From positions 1-41,770 of the IMG/VR virus record IMGVR_UViG_3300046485_000028: 41,770 nucleotides of DNA. One strand, 5' to 3'. Every line of letters starts with the position of its first letter. Position 1 is the first letter of the stretch. The notes under the pieces are model-generated. The model was not told the origin of the DNA and did no database searches. It saw only the letters and a list, made by a program, of their open reading frames with translations. This stretch comes from a virus. Of this stretch, positions 8,987 to 19,074 are shown one piece after another. Made by a program: the position numbers and the translations under genes.

Positions 8987-9408
8987 TTAACCGTGAAGCC
9001 ATATTTACCGCGCTATTTGCCTTGTTGTCAACGAGCGCTGGGTACGTGACGTCATCCCGCAAGCTGCAACACTGGAATGATGTGACAAAGGACCTACAGC
9101 CTGCGCTCTTCGTTACCCAGAAGGGGCAAACAGCCGCCACTGTGAGGGGACAACCCACACGGTGGACCTTATCCGTAGACGTTTACGTGTACGCCCGCAC
9201 GGACGGGGGGTTAATCCCCGGTTCGACCCTCAACCCTTTGCTGGACGCTCTTGAGGCAGCGCTAGCACCCAATGCGATAGAAAATGCTCAGACACTCGGT
9301 GGCTTATGTGAGTGGTGTCGGATCGAAGGCGCAATCGAGACCGATGAAGGCACACTAGGCGACCAGTCGGTAGCTATCGTTCCAATCTCAATTCTCGTTT
9401 CTTCATAG
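8983..9408 (+). CDS. Hypothetical neck / tail-terminator-position protein
   Basis: 141 aa. ATGA overlap with the upstream gene. Lies between the gp10-like protein and the tail tube gene. Confidence 0.45.
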   Translation: MINREAIFTALFALLSTSAGYVTSSRKLQHWNDVTKDLQPALFVTQKGQTAATVRGQPTRWTLSVDVYVYARTDGGLIPGSTLNPLLDALEAALAPNAIENAQTLGGLCEWCRIEGAIETDEGTLGDQSVAIVPISILVSS

Positions 9409-9417
9409 GAGTTTAGT

Positions 9418-10188
9418 ATGTCTCAATATGTTTTTGGCGCGGGCACCATCTGGGCGACCCCGCTTGTTGATGCCTTTGGCAATGCGGTCACTAACGGCAC
9501 GCCCGTTCAACTGGCTATCTCGCAAGAGGTATCCATGGATGAGACGTTCGAAAGCAAGAAGCTGTATGGGCAAAACCAGTTCCCCGTGGACGTGGGTCGC
9601 GGTAAAGGCTCGGTCGCAGTTAAGTGCAAGTTCGCGCAGCTAAACGGCTTGTCCGTTAGTTCACTGTTCTACGGGCAGACGCTGTCTACCGGGCAGATTA
9701 CCTACAAGTATGACGTCACTGGGGCTGTCATTCCCGCCACACCGTTCACCATTACACCCACACCGCCCAATACAGGCACGTTCGGGCGTGACCTAGGTGT
9801 ACGTGACAGCAACGGACGCCCCATGACAAAGGTGGCAAGCGCACCAGCTACCGGGCAGTACAGCGTCGCGACTGGGGTGTACACCTTTGCCGCTGCAGAC
9901 ACGGGCAAAACGGTGTTCATCAGCTACCAGTACACAAACCTCGTTGTGAATGCGCCTACGTCTACCAAGATGACCATCCAGAACGTGCCCATGGGTGCTG
10001 CACCCGTTGTCGCGCTGGACATCTTCTTTAGCAAGAATGGCAAGGACTTCGCAACCCAGTATCCGCAGGCCATTGCCAGCAAGATGAGCTTCGCCTCGAA
10101 GCTGGATGACTACATGGTGCCGGAAATTGTGTTCGACTGCTTTGCTGACAGCGCCGGGAACGTGATGTACCGTAGCTTCTCGGAGTAA
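9418..10188 (+). CDS. Major tail (tube) protein
   Basis: 256 aa. GGAG RBS upstream. Sits directly before the G/GT chaperone pair and the tape measure gene. Confidence 0.6.
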   Translation: MSQYVFGAGTIWATPLVDAFGNAVTNGTPVQLAISQEVSMDETFESKKLYGQNQFPVDVGRGKGSVAVKCKFAQLNGLSVSSLFYGQTLSTGQITYKYDVTGAVIPATPFTITPTPPNTGTFGRDLGVRDSNGRPMTKVASAPATGQYSVATGVYTFAAADTGKTVFISYQYTNLVVNAPTSTKMTIQNVPMGAAPVVALDIFFSKNGKDFATQYPQAIASKMSFASKLDDYMVPEIVFDCFADSAGNVMYRSFSE

Positions 10189-10192
10189 CCCC

Positions 10193-10540
10193 ATGACAAC
10201 GAAGTTCAAAGGTATCTCTCTCCTACTGGGGGATAAGAACTACGTTGTCCCGCCACTGAATTTCCGCACGTTGCAGTCATTGCAATCGCGTCTGGAAACG
10301 TTCAGTGGCGGGGTGGACGCAGCATCGCTTGATCTCGTCGTGGACAGCTTACACGGGGCCATCCAGCGCAATTACCCAGAGGTCACGCGTGACGACTGCG
10401 TTGATATGCTCGACCTTGGCAACATGGAAGAAGTTATGCAGGCAGTCATGGACGTGTCTGGGCTGCGGCGTAAGGCAATGGAGGCCACTGCGCCAGCACC
10501 AGAAAACCCTTCGACTGGGCCGAGCTCTACGCCCACCTGA
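10193..10540 (+). CDS. Tail assembly chaperone (gpG-like)
   Basis: 115 aa. Canonical position between the tube and tape measure genes. A slippery heptamer lies near its 3' end. Confidence 0.7.
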   Translation: MTTKFKGISLLLGDKNYVVPPLNFRTLQSLQSRLETFSGGVDAASLDLVVDSLHGAIQRNYPEVTRDDCVDMLDLGNMEEVMQAVMDVSGLRRKAMEATAPAPENPSTGPSSTPT

Positions 10541-10755
10541 TTACGAGCCTGCATTGGACATGGGAGTACATTGACGAGTTCATGGACTTACCACGGCTGG
10601 AAGCCCTGAGCAAATACTGGGCTAAGACGCCTCCAGTGCACTTTTCCATGGCTGCGTACGTGGGCTGGGGTAAGTCGAAGGGGTCGGCCGAGGGCACTAT
10701 GCCCGATGGTGATCTAGAAGAACTGTTTAACAGAACACCCATGAAAGGGGAATAG
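10193..10755 (+). CDS. Tail assembly chaperone -1 frameshift product (gpGT-like)
   Basis: The -1 frame is open from the slip site to the TAG at 10753-10755. It encodes ...KPFDWAELYAHLITSLHWTWEYIDEFMDLPRLEALSKYWAKTPPVHF..., has no start codon of its own, and ends 2 nt before the tape measure ATG. Confidence 0.6.
10504..10510 (+). promoter_or_regulatory. -1 programmed frameshift slippery heptamer A_AAC_CCT
   Basis: X_XXY_YYZ pattern, in the correct phase with the gpG-like frame (codons GAA AAC CCT at 10502-10510). Confidence 0.55.
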
Positions 10756-10757
10756 CT

Positions 10758-13031
10758 ATGGCAGACCAAGAGACCGCAGTACGAATCACGGGGGACTCTG
10801 CGTCTGCCGTAGCTGCGATGAAAGCCGCGTCCTCGGCAGTCACCGGGGGCGTAGGCGACATGAAGAGCGCCCTAGGCACTATCGGGGATGCCTTTGGCAA
10901 GCTGAACGGGGTGTTTGCGGGGCTAGCCGCAATTGTGGGCGGCGGGGCTTTCTTTAAGGAGGCCATCGGGGAAAGTAATAAGCTCACGGGTGAGACCATG
11001 CGCCTCGCGCGTACGCTGGGCATAACCACGGAAGAGGCTAATACCCTGAACACTGCGCTCGGGGACATATACAGCGACGCCGATACGTACGTTGGCGCGT
11101 TCCAGAAGTTCACCATGCAGCTTCGCCGTAACGAAGACGGAATGAAGGCCATGGGCATACAGACCCGTGACTCAAGCGGGCACCTACGCGACGCGAATAC
11201 CGTCTTTAACGAGGCGATTGCCACGGTGGGTAAGTACAAGCCCGGGCTGGATCAGACTGCGGCTGCACAGATGCTATTCGGCAAGAGCATTGACGATGTG
11301 ATCAAGCTCCAGAAGCTGAACATGCAGGTTCTTGAAGAAGCCAAGCAGAAGAACCAAGAGCTGAACCTTGTTATCACTGATGATAACGTAGCCGCTTCCA
11401 AGGCGTACAAGGCGGCGATGAATGACGTGGGCGACGTTATGTCGGGCATCATGAAAACCGTTGGTGACGCGGTCATGCCCGTATTCACCGAACTAGCGTA
11501 CTACCTAGGCAGCACTGGACCGGGCGTTATAGCCATCTTCAAGGGTGCGCTGACTGGGCTGTTGCTGGTATTCCGCACACTGGAGATGGTCGTGAAGACC
11601 GTTATGTCTGTCGTGTTTGAGGCCATCAACCACACGGTGGACCAGCTAGGTAACTTGTCGGACATGATATCGAGCATACTGTCGGGTGACTTTGCCGGGG
11701 CAGCTAAGGCAGCGGGCAACATGAAGGACCGCTGGGTGCAGGCGTTTTCCAACATTAAGGACGCTGCCGTTGACGCATACTCTACGGCTACAAGCAAGTT
11801 CGGCAACGACTTGGAACGCACGTGGGGCGAGAAGATAGCGGCTAAGTCGCCAGTCGCCAAAGGCAAGATGCAGATGGGGGACCTGAAGCCCGCAAAGGCA
11901 GCGGTTGATAACCCCCGTATGGCTGAATGGGACGCCGAGCTCACCGCTATGAAGGTGATGTACCAGAAAGAGAACGACCTGCGTGAGATGTCCAAGGAGC
12001 AGGAGCTCAAATACTGGAAAGACCTTGCCGCGCTGCCTGACCTAAGCGCGAAGGAGAAGATAGCGCTAAAGAAGCGCATCGCAATAGAAGAGTTAGGCAT
12101 CATGAAAGCGCAGCACGAGCAGGAGCTAGCGCTAACGGAAGAGTCTATTGCCGCCATGAAGGACGCGCAGCTAGGGTTACTAGCCGCGACGCAGCAAGAG
12201 AACCAGTTTAAGCTGGATACGCTGCAGATGACGAACGCCGAGATGCTGCAATCCGAGCAGAAGCTTGAGCAAGACAGATACCGCATCATGAAGGAGGCGG
12301 TGGATGCGCGTATAGCCCTACTGAAAACAGACCCCACGAAAAACGCTGTAGCGCTTGCCAAATTGAACGATGAACTGGACGCGGTTGAGCGTGAGCACAG
12401 CCTGAAAGCCCGTGGCATTGAACTGCAAAGCCAGAAGGAGCGCCTTAAGGACTACCAGGACCTCTTCAACACCATTGGGAACACCTTTGGCAAGGCTATC
12501 AGCGGTATCATCCAAGGCACCATGACTATGGGAGCGGCTATTAAGTCTGTCTTCCAAGGAATACTAGGTGCAGTCGGGGACTACATCGGCCAGATGATAG
12601 CCAAGAAGCTAGTCGGGCTGGCTATGGACAAGGTCATCGGTATGGCACAGATTGCGACGTCCGCAGGGGTCGCAGGCGCGGGCGCAGCCGCAGCGGTGGC
12701 ACCTATCCCGATAGTAGGACCCGCGATGGCTGTAGCCGCCATGGGCACGGTGAGCTCGGCGGTTATGGGTATGGAGGCGCTGGCGTCTGCCCGGGGCGGC
12801 TACGACATCCCAGCGGGGGTAAACCCCCTGACCCAGCTACACGAGCGTGAGATGGTGTTGCCGCAGGAACAGGCCGACGCTGTGCGCAGTATGGTGGCGA
12901 ACAGTGGTACAACGGGCGCATCCGCAGGTTCTCCAATCCTAATAAGCACCACGGGCGGGCAGTTTATCCACAAAGACCAGCTCACCCAATTGCTCAAAAA
13001 GCTAAACCGTAACTTCGAGTTCGTACGATGA
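10758..13031 (+). CDS. Tail tape measure protein
   Basis: 757 aa. Long helical, Ala/Lys/Glu-rich sequence with a Gly/Ala-rich hydrophobic segment near the C-terminus. Canonical position. Confidence 0.9.
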   Translation: MADQETAVRITGDSASAVAAMKAASSAVTGGVGDMKSALGTIGDAFGKLNGVFAGLAAIVGGGAFFKEAIGESNKLTGETMRLARTLGITTEEANTLNTALGDIYSDADTYVGAFQKFTMQLRRNEDGMKAMGIQTRDSSGHLRDANTVFNEAIATVGKYKPGLDQTAAAQMLFGKSIDDVIKLQKLNMQVLEEAKQKNQELNLVITDDNVAASKAYKAAMNDVGDVMSGIMKTVGDAVMPVFTELAYYLGSTGPGVIAIFKGALTGLLLVFRTLEMVVKTVMSVVFEAINHTVDQLGNLSDMISSILSGDFAGAAKAAGNMKDRWVQAFSNIKDAAVDAYSTATSKFGNDLERTWGEKIAAKSPVAKGKMQMGDLKPAKAAVDNPRMAEWDAELTAMKVMYQKENDLREMSKEQELKYWKDLAALPDLSAKEKIALKKRIAIEELGIMKAQHEQELALTEESIAAMKDAQLGLLAATQQENQFKLDTLQMTNAEMLQSEQKLEQDRYRIMKEAVDARIALLKTDPTKNAVALAKLNDELDAVEREHSLKARGIELQSQKERLKDYQDLFNTIGNTFGKAISGIIQGTMTMGAAIKSVFQGILGAVGDYIGQMIAKKLVGLAMDKVIGMAQIATSAGVAGAGAAAAVAPIPIVGPAMAVAAMGTVSSAVMGMEALASARGGYDIPAGVNPLTQLHEREMVLPQEQADAVRSMVANSGTTGASAGSPILISTTGGQFIHKDQLTQLLKKLNRNFEFVR

Positions 13032-13627
13032 GCCAAGCCATATTCCCCACACTGCCCGGGCTAGCATGGGATGTCCAAAGAACCCCCGTATGGAGCACCA
13101 CCAAAAAGACGTCGGTGAGTATGCGGGAGTTCCGGGTAGCCAACGCTAGCTTCCCCCGTTACAGGTACGTCCTAACGTTTGAGTTCCTACGCCAGCGCAC
13201 GGGCTTGACCGAATGGTCTACGTTAGTGGGTTTCATAAACGCTAGGCAAGGCGGGTTCGACTCGTTCCTGTTTACTGACCCTGACGACTACACCACCACA
13301 GCGCAGCTTATTGGCAACGGTAACGGGGTCAACAGAGCGTTTCAACTGGTGCGTATCTTTGGAGGGTTTATCGAACCCGTGTACGACACCAACAGCGCCC
13401 CGCAGCTATATCTAAACGGTGTGCTGCAAACAGTGGTGACGAACTACACCGTAGACGGTGCTGGGCTGGTGACGTTTGTCACTGCCCCCGCTGCGGGTGT
13501 GGTGGTTACGTGGTCGGGCACATATTATCGGCGAGTGTGCTTCACGCAGGACACGACAAGCTTCACAAAGTTCATGAACAACACGTGGTCGCTTAAGTCG
13601 TTAGAGTTCATGACGGTGCTGCCATGA
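13028..13627 (+). CDS. Distal tail protein (DUF2460-like, RcGTA g12-like)
   Basis: 199 aa. ATGA overlap with the tape measure gene. N-terminus FPTLPGLAWDVQRTPVWSTTKKTSVSMREFRVAN resembles the DUF2460 family. First of four genes in RcGTA order. Confidence 0.65.
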   Translation: MSQAIFPTLPGLAWDVQRTPVWSTTKKTSVSMREFRVANASFPRYRYVLTFEFLRQRTGLTEWSTLVGFINARQGGFDSFLFTDPDDYTTTAQLIGNGNGVNRAFQLVRIFGGFIEPVYDTNSAPQLYLNGVLQTVVTNYTVDGAGLVTFVTAPAAGVVVTWSGTYYRRVCFTQDTTSFTKFMNNTWSLKSLEFMTVLP

Positions 13628-14496
13628 GGAACCCTACTTGGGAGATTAGCGCTGGGGCGTTAGCGGCGTTCTTGCTTAACGCGACGCAGGCGTACATGGC
13701 GGACCTCTTCACTATCACATTGACAGGTGGTGCGGTGCTGCGCTACACATCCGCGCAAGTGCCCGTGACCGTGGGTGGCTACGTTTACGCGGTTGGTCCT
13801 GTGATATCACGGGGCAACACAAAGCTGACAGTAGGCATCCAGGTGGACGTGCTGAACGTTGTCATCGCGGCCGACGCCAGTGTTACGGTCAACGGTGTGC
13901 CGTTGCTGGTATTCATTGCAGGCGGTGGGCTTGATGGCGCACGCATGGCACTGGACCGGGCGTTTACCGATGCCCCGGGGTCTGCTTGGATTGGTAGCCT
14001 GCCCCTGTTCAGTGGGCGCATCAACGAAGTGGTAGCCTCTCGCTACGAGTCCAGCTTCCCTGTGAACAGCGACAGTGAACTACTTAACGTGGACATACCG
14101 CGTAACGTCTATCAGCCTAGCTGCCTGAATACCCTGTACGACGCATCCTGCGGTATCACACGCACGGGTTCGTCGGTTACAGCCACTTCGGTTACGAACG
14201 CCACACTGACCTCGTTCAACTGCAACACAGCACTCGCCAGCGGGTATTTTGACCTCGGCTTTGCGGTGTGTGTGACTGGGTCGAACGCGGGCATACAGCG
14301 CACCATCAAGTCGCAAGCGGGCGTGTCGCAGGCCATTACAACCATCCAGCCATGGCCCGCCACGGTGGGCATCGGGGATACGTTCATGCTGTACGCAGGC
14401 TGCGACAAGACGAAGGCTACCTGCACGGCTAAGTTCTCCAACATCGTGCGCTTCAGGGCGTTCCCGTTTATACCCGCACCGGAGTCAGTCACATGA
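13624..14496 (+). CDS. Baseplate hub protein (DUF2163 + BR0599-like, RcGTA g13-like)
   Basis: 290 aa. The C-terminal GCDKTKATCTAKFSNIVRFRAFPFIP is the BR0599-type signature. Overlaps its neighbours. Confidence 0.7.
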   Translation: MRNPTWEISAGALAAFLLNATQAYMADLFTITLTGGAVLRYTSAQVPVTVGGYVYAVGPVISRGNTKLTVGIQVDVLNVVIAADASVTVNGVPLLVFIAGGGLDGARMALDRAFTDAPGSAWIGSLPLFSGRINEVVASRYESSFPVNSDSELLNVDIPRNVYQPSCLNTLYDASCGITRTGSSVTATSVTNATLTSFNCNTALASGYFDLGFAVCVTGSNAGIQRTIKSQAGVSQAITTIQPWPATVGIGDTFMLYAGCDKTKATCTAKFSNIVRFRAFPFIPAPESVT

Positions 14497-14903
14497 TAGA
14501 CCGCACCGCCATCGTCGCGGAGGCTCGTGCGTGGCTGGGCACACCGTACCACCACCACGGGCGCGTCAAAGGCGTGGGCGTTGATTGTGCTCAACTGCTT
14601 TGCGCAGTGTATGAAGCCTTAGGCATTGTTGACCACGTGGAAACGGGGTTCTACCCTATCGAATGGCACTTGCATCACAGTGACGAATTGTTCTTAGCAT
14701 GGCTTGACAAGTACGCGCACCGCGTAGACGTACCCCAGCCGGGGGACGTTACCGTGTGGCGTTATGGCCGATGCTATTCCCATGGAAGTATTTGCGCTGG
14801 CGACACCTTCATCCACTCCTATTTACACATCGGCGTGATCGAATCCCGCGCCACTGAGGAGCCGCTACAGGGTCGCCCGAGCATCAACTGGAGTTTTGCG
14901 TAA
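14493..14903 (+). CDS. NlpC/P60 family cell-wall peptidase (tail-associated)
   Basis: 136 aa. Contains WLGTPYHHHGR..GVDCAQL with the catalytic Cys, and a downstream His (YSHGSICAG...IHS). Confidence 0.8.
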   Translation: MIDRTAIVAEARAWLGTPYHHHGRVKGVGVDCAQLLCAVYEALGIVDHVETGFYPIEWHLHHSDELFLAWLDKYAHRVDVPQPGDVTVWRYGRCYSHGSICAGDTFIHSYLHIGVIESRATEEPLQGRPSINWSFA

Positions 14904-17900
14904 TGAGCGGCAACACCACAATCAGCACCAGCGAAAGCCGCATTGAGGCGCTAGCGCTACAGAGTTCGGCCTATGGCGTGACCATACCCGTGATATACGG
15001 GGTTAACCGTATCAGCGGAAACCTTATCTGGTACGGGGACTTCAAAGCGATCCCGCACACGACTAGTCAGAGCAGTGGCGGCAAAGGTGGGGGCGGTGTC
15101 AATCAAGTATCCACGACGTACACGTACTCGGCCTCCGTGATAATGGGGCTGTGTGAAGGTGAGGCCATTGGGGTCAGCCAAATCTGGAAGGCTAAAAAGC
15201 TATACAGCGGGGGCGTAACGTCTACGCAGGTGCTGAACGCGACTGAAAGCTATGCCATACCGGGCATCGGAGGCACGTACACGGCTACCCATGCAGCGGC
15301 ATTCGCAGCCAAGGGCACAGTCAGCATCCATCACTCGACAGGGGGTGGTAAGAACGGCTGGTCACCATATGACGAATACCTAACTGAAGACACTGACTTC
15401 ACCGTTGTCCGTGGCGTGTACGTGTTCAATACGAACTACGCTGGGCAGACGGTAGTCATCGCCTACCAGTACACCAGCGGGGGCGCATCCCAGACGTCGC
15501 TGCAACAGCTAGCGCTGTCACTTGCCACTGGTGCAGTCGGGCAGTCCACGTGGACATACCTGAACACCTTTACCCCCACGGGCGGCACCGCAGGGGCGCA
15601 GGCGCTAGGGTACTCGGGCATCGCGTACGTGTACGCGCAGGACTACAATCTTGGCTCCAACGGCACCGTTGACAACCACTCGTTTGAGGTGCAAGGTACG
15701 CAGGCGTACAGCATCGGCTCGTCCATACCAGATGCTAACCCAGCGCTCATAACGTTTGACCTGCTTACGAGCACGCGTTACGGTGCTGGGTACAGCAAAG
15801 GCGGTGTCTACGACCTTGCGGACTGGTCCAGCTATTGCCTAGCGAGCGGGCTGGTGCTATCACCAGCGCTTGAAAAGCAGATTAAAGCCAGCGACTTTAT
15901 TTCGCAGATATGCGCTGTGACAAACACCGCGCCCGTGTGGTCAGGCGGCAAGCTGAAGTTCATACCGTACGGTGACACAGCGTTGACCGGGAATGGGGTT
16001 ACGTTCACACCTAACGTGACACCCGTGTACGACCTCACGGATAACGACTTCATCCCCAGCACGGGCAGTGACCCCGTACGCGTGACGCGCAAGCCGCAGA
16101 GTGACGCGTATAACCACATTCGCGTGGAGTTCTTAAACCGGGCGAATTACTACAATGTAGAAATTGCCGAGGCCAAGGACAGTGCGGCAATTGACGCCTT
16201 CGGGTTGCGCAGCGCCAGCGTTCTACAGTGCCATTGGATATGCACTGCGCCTATCGCGCAGGCAGTGGCTCAGCTATTGTTGCAGCGCTCCGTATATATC
16301 CGCAACACGTACGCCTTCAACCTACCGTGGACGCGTGCCATGCTGGAGCCGATGGACCTAGTGACGCTGACTGATAGCGGGCTGGGGTACAACAAGTTGA
16401 CCGTACGCATAACGGAAGTGACTGAGACCGACACGGGCGACCTAGCCATTGCCGCTGAGGACTTCCCTGCGGGGGTGGCACACGCTGCCACGTACCCGAC
16501 GCAGGTGAGCGCAGGGTTCCAACATAATTACACGGTCGCGCCCGGTAGCGTAAGCGCCCCGATGATGTGGGAAGCACCTATACAGCTAGCCAGCACGGGG
16601 CTGGAAATCTACGCTGCGGTTACGGGCGCGGGCGCGTACTGGGGCGGGTGTCGTGTGTGGGTATCCCTTGACGGTGTGACGTATAAAGAGTCATCCGTGC
16701 TGTATGGCCCCTCTCGCTACGGCACAATCACGAACGCAGTAGTGGGGGACAATTTGCCCGTGCAGATAGGCGCAGGGCAACTGATAAGTGGGAGCGCTGC
16801 GGATGCTGCCAATCTTGCGACGCTGTGCTACATCGGCGGGGCTAACCCTGAATATTTTGCATATACGTCGGCCGCACTAACTGGAGTCGGGGCGTACACC
16901 CTGACAGGCTTGAACCGCAACGCCTACGGGTCAAACCCTTCCAACTCTGCACACGTTGCGGGGGCACCGTTCGTCCGCATAGACAAGGCCATTGCGAAGT
17001 CCGGGGCGCTAGACCCCGCCATGGTTGGGAAAACCGTTTACCTGAAGTTCACCAGCTTTAACATCTACAACGCTGCGGAGGAAAGCCTAGCCTCCGTGAC
17101 CGCGTACCCGTACAACGTGGCGGGCACTAAACCTTCCGCGCTGACGGGGCTGACCGCACTGGGGGGCATGTTCGAAGTGGTGCTCGACTGGACGTTCTTA
17201 GCCACGCAAGTCACACGGGACTTCATAGAGATATGGGGCAACACCAGCAACAACCGGGCGACAGGCGTGCTACTGTCCAGCGTAAAGAACCCAACGACCG
17301 AGTGGAACCATATCGGGCTGACCCCGGGTCAGACGTGGTACTACTGGGCACGGGTGGTCGACACCGCTGGCAGCTACAGTGACTTCTTCCCGTTGTCGTC
17401 TACGGCGGGCATCGCAGCGACCCCCAGTACCGACCCCAGTGCGCTCCTCACCCAGCTCACCAACAGCCTAGGGCTAGCCCAACTATCGGCCGACCTTGCC
17501 GCACCCATAGGCACCATGGGCGGGGCGGACCGTTCTAACGCCATAGCTGCGCTCCAGTCAGCCCTATCAGATTATGACCTGACGAGCCGGATGATGTGGC
17601 AGGAGCGTGTGACCGATGCCACCATCACGGTGGACCCGGTTACGGGCAAGATCATGCTACTGGCTACCGCTAACGTGACCACTGATGTGTCGTCACGGCT
17701 GACAGCGGTTGAAGTGCTGGCTAACGCGACCAGCGCCACGCTAACAAGCACCGTATCCACCCTGACAACGGTGCAGGGCAATTTAACGAGCACCATGTCG
17801 GCGGTCACTATCCTGCAGGGGCAGATAACGACAACGGCTTCCACGGTGTACGTGGACAACAGCGTAGCGCAGGCGACTGGCATAGTTGGCACGTCAGCGA

Positions 17901-18982
17901 ACGCATATACGAAACTCGCAGCGGCTGAACTACAGTCTGCAATAGACGCCTTCACCACTGGGCAGGCCACGAACACGCTCACGGCTAGCGTAGCCATTGC
18001 CACGAACAACATCAAGACCACTGCGGAGGCGCTTGCTGCCCAGTCCGCTAACTTTGCCGCGCTGGTGTCTACCGTGACGGGTAGCCTAGCGTCCATCACC
18101 ACAGAGCAGTTGACCCGTGCTAGCGCCGACACCGCACTGGCCTCTTCGATAACGTCGATATCCGCACGGCTGGATTCAGGTGATTACGCAGCGGTAAAGG
18201 TATCCGCCTCGACTAGCGCAACGGCTGTCGGTGTGCTCAATGCCAATTACGTAGTGAAGGTAGATACGAACGGGCACGTGGCAGGCTACACCGTTGCCAG
18301 TGGTGGGGCTACCACATCGTTCACGATGTTGGCAGATAAGTTCGCGTGGGTAATGGAAACATCCCCGGGCAGTGGGGTATTCACAGCGCCGAAGAATGTA
18401 ATGGCGCTCGGCATGGTGAACGGTGTTGCCACGCTAGGTATAGACGGTTCGCTGGTAGTAGACGGATCAATAAACGCCCGGTCGATAACTGCGAACACTA
18501 TCACAACAGATAAGATATTTGTCGGAGCAGCCACGGTCTCAACCGAGACGTCAACTTCAGCGACGTATTACTACCCTCTCGCGACAGATACTGTAGTGGG
18601 CATAGATAAACCGGGACTGATGTCACTGGTCTCCAGCGGATCACGCGTTGGCTACACCGCGTCTATCTGTGTTAGTATCAACGCTGACGCTGCGACGACT
18701 GCCGTGGTTGCATCAATAGGCTTCCAACTGAAAATAGATACTACATATTCAGCGTTCCAGTCTGTATCGGTTGTACCCGTTTATTCACTAGGCGGGACCA
18801 CTAGGAGGTTCACCGTTTCGCTACCTCAGTCCATGGTGGCTGTTCTAGCTGCGGGGTCACACAGCTACGGGTTCTTCGTATCGTGTGCACTAAGTACTGC
18901 TTCTGGGGCAATCGTAGCGTTCGGGGCTGGTGCGAGTATCACTATGGGATACACGTTGACAGCAACAGAAAACAAGGTTTGA
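14903..18982 (+). CDS. Host specificity / central tail protein (gpJ-like, RcGTA g15 megatron-like)
   Basis: 1359 aa. Follows the peptidase with a start/stop overlap. Long Ser/Thr/Ala-rich coiled region. The last approximately 170 codons are visibly lower in G+C. Confidence 0.8.
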   Translation: MSGNTTISTSESRIEALALQSSAYGVTIPVIYGVNRISGNLIWYGDFKAIPHTTSQSSGGKGGGGVNQVSTTYTYSASVIMGLCEGEAIGVSQIWKAKKLYSGGVTSTQVLNATESYAIPGIGGTYTATHAAAFAAKGTVSIHHSTGGGKNGWSPYDEYLTEDTDFTVVRGVYVFNTNYAGQTVVIAYQYTSGGASQTSLQQLALSLATGAVGQSTWTYLNTFTPTGGTAGAQALGYSGIAYVYAQDYNLGSNGTVDNHSFEVQGTQAYSIGSSIPDANPALITFDLLTSTRYGAGYSKGGVYDLADWSSYCLASGLVLSPALEKQIKASDFISQICAVTNTAPVWSGGKLKFIPYGDTALTGNGVTFTPNVTPVYDLTDNDFIPSTGSDPVRVTRKPQSDAYNHIRVEFLNRANYYNVEIAEAKDSAAIDAFGLRSASVLQCHWICTAPIAQAVAQLLLQRSVYIRNTYAFNLPWTRAMLEPMDLVTLTDSGLGYNKLTVRITEVTETDTGDLAIAAEDFPAGVAHAATYPTQVSAGFQHNYTVAPGSVSAPMMWEAPIQLASTGLEIYAAVTGAGAYWGGCRVWVSLDGVTYKESSVLYGPSRYGTITNAVVGDNLPVQIGAGQLISGSAADAANLATLCYIGGANPEYFAYTSAALTGVGAYTLTGLNRNAYGSNPSNSAHVAGAPFVRIDKAIAKSGALDPAMVGKTVYLKFTSFNIYNAAEESLASVTAYPYNVAGTKPSALTGLTALGGMFEVVLDWTFLATQVTRDFIEIWGNTSNNRATGVLLSSVKNPTTEWNHIGLTPGQTWYYWARVVDTAGSYSDFFPLSSTAGIAATPSTDPSALLTQLTNSLGLAQLSADLAAPIGTMGGADRSNAIAALQSALSDYDLTSRMMWQERVTDATITVDPVTGKIMLLATANVTTDVSSRLTAVEVLANATSATLTSTVSTLTTVQGNLTSTMSAVTILQGQITTTASTVYVDNSVAQATGIVGTSANAYTKLAAAELQSAIDAFTTGQATNTLTASVAIATNNIKTTAEALAAQSANFAALVSTVTGSLASITTEQLTRASADTALASSITSISARLDSGDYAAVKVSASTSATAVGVLNANYVVKVDTNGHVAGYTVASGGATTSFTMLADKFAWVMETSPGSGVFTAPKNVMALGMVNGVATLGIDGSLVVDGSINARSITANTITTDKIFVGAATVSTETSTSATYYYPLATDTVVGIDKPGLMSLVSSGSRVGYTASICVSINADAATTAVVASIGFQLKIDTTYSAFQSVSVVPVYSLGGTTRRFTVSLPQSMVAVLAAGSHSYGFFVSCALSTASGAIVAFGAGASITMGYTLTATENKV

Positions 18983-19074
18983 CACACCGCCCCCAATAAT
19001 ACGGAGCGCCCCCGTGGTGGCGTATATTGGGGGTATAGGCGGTTCGGTAGACGTTTGACACAAAGGAAATCATC

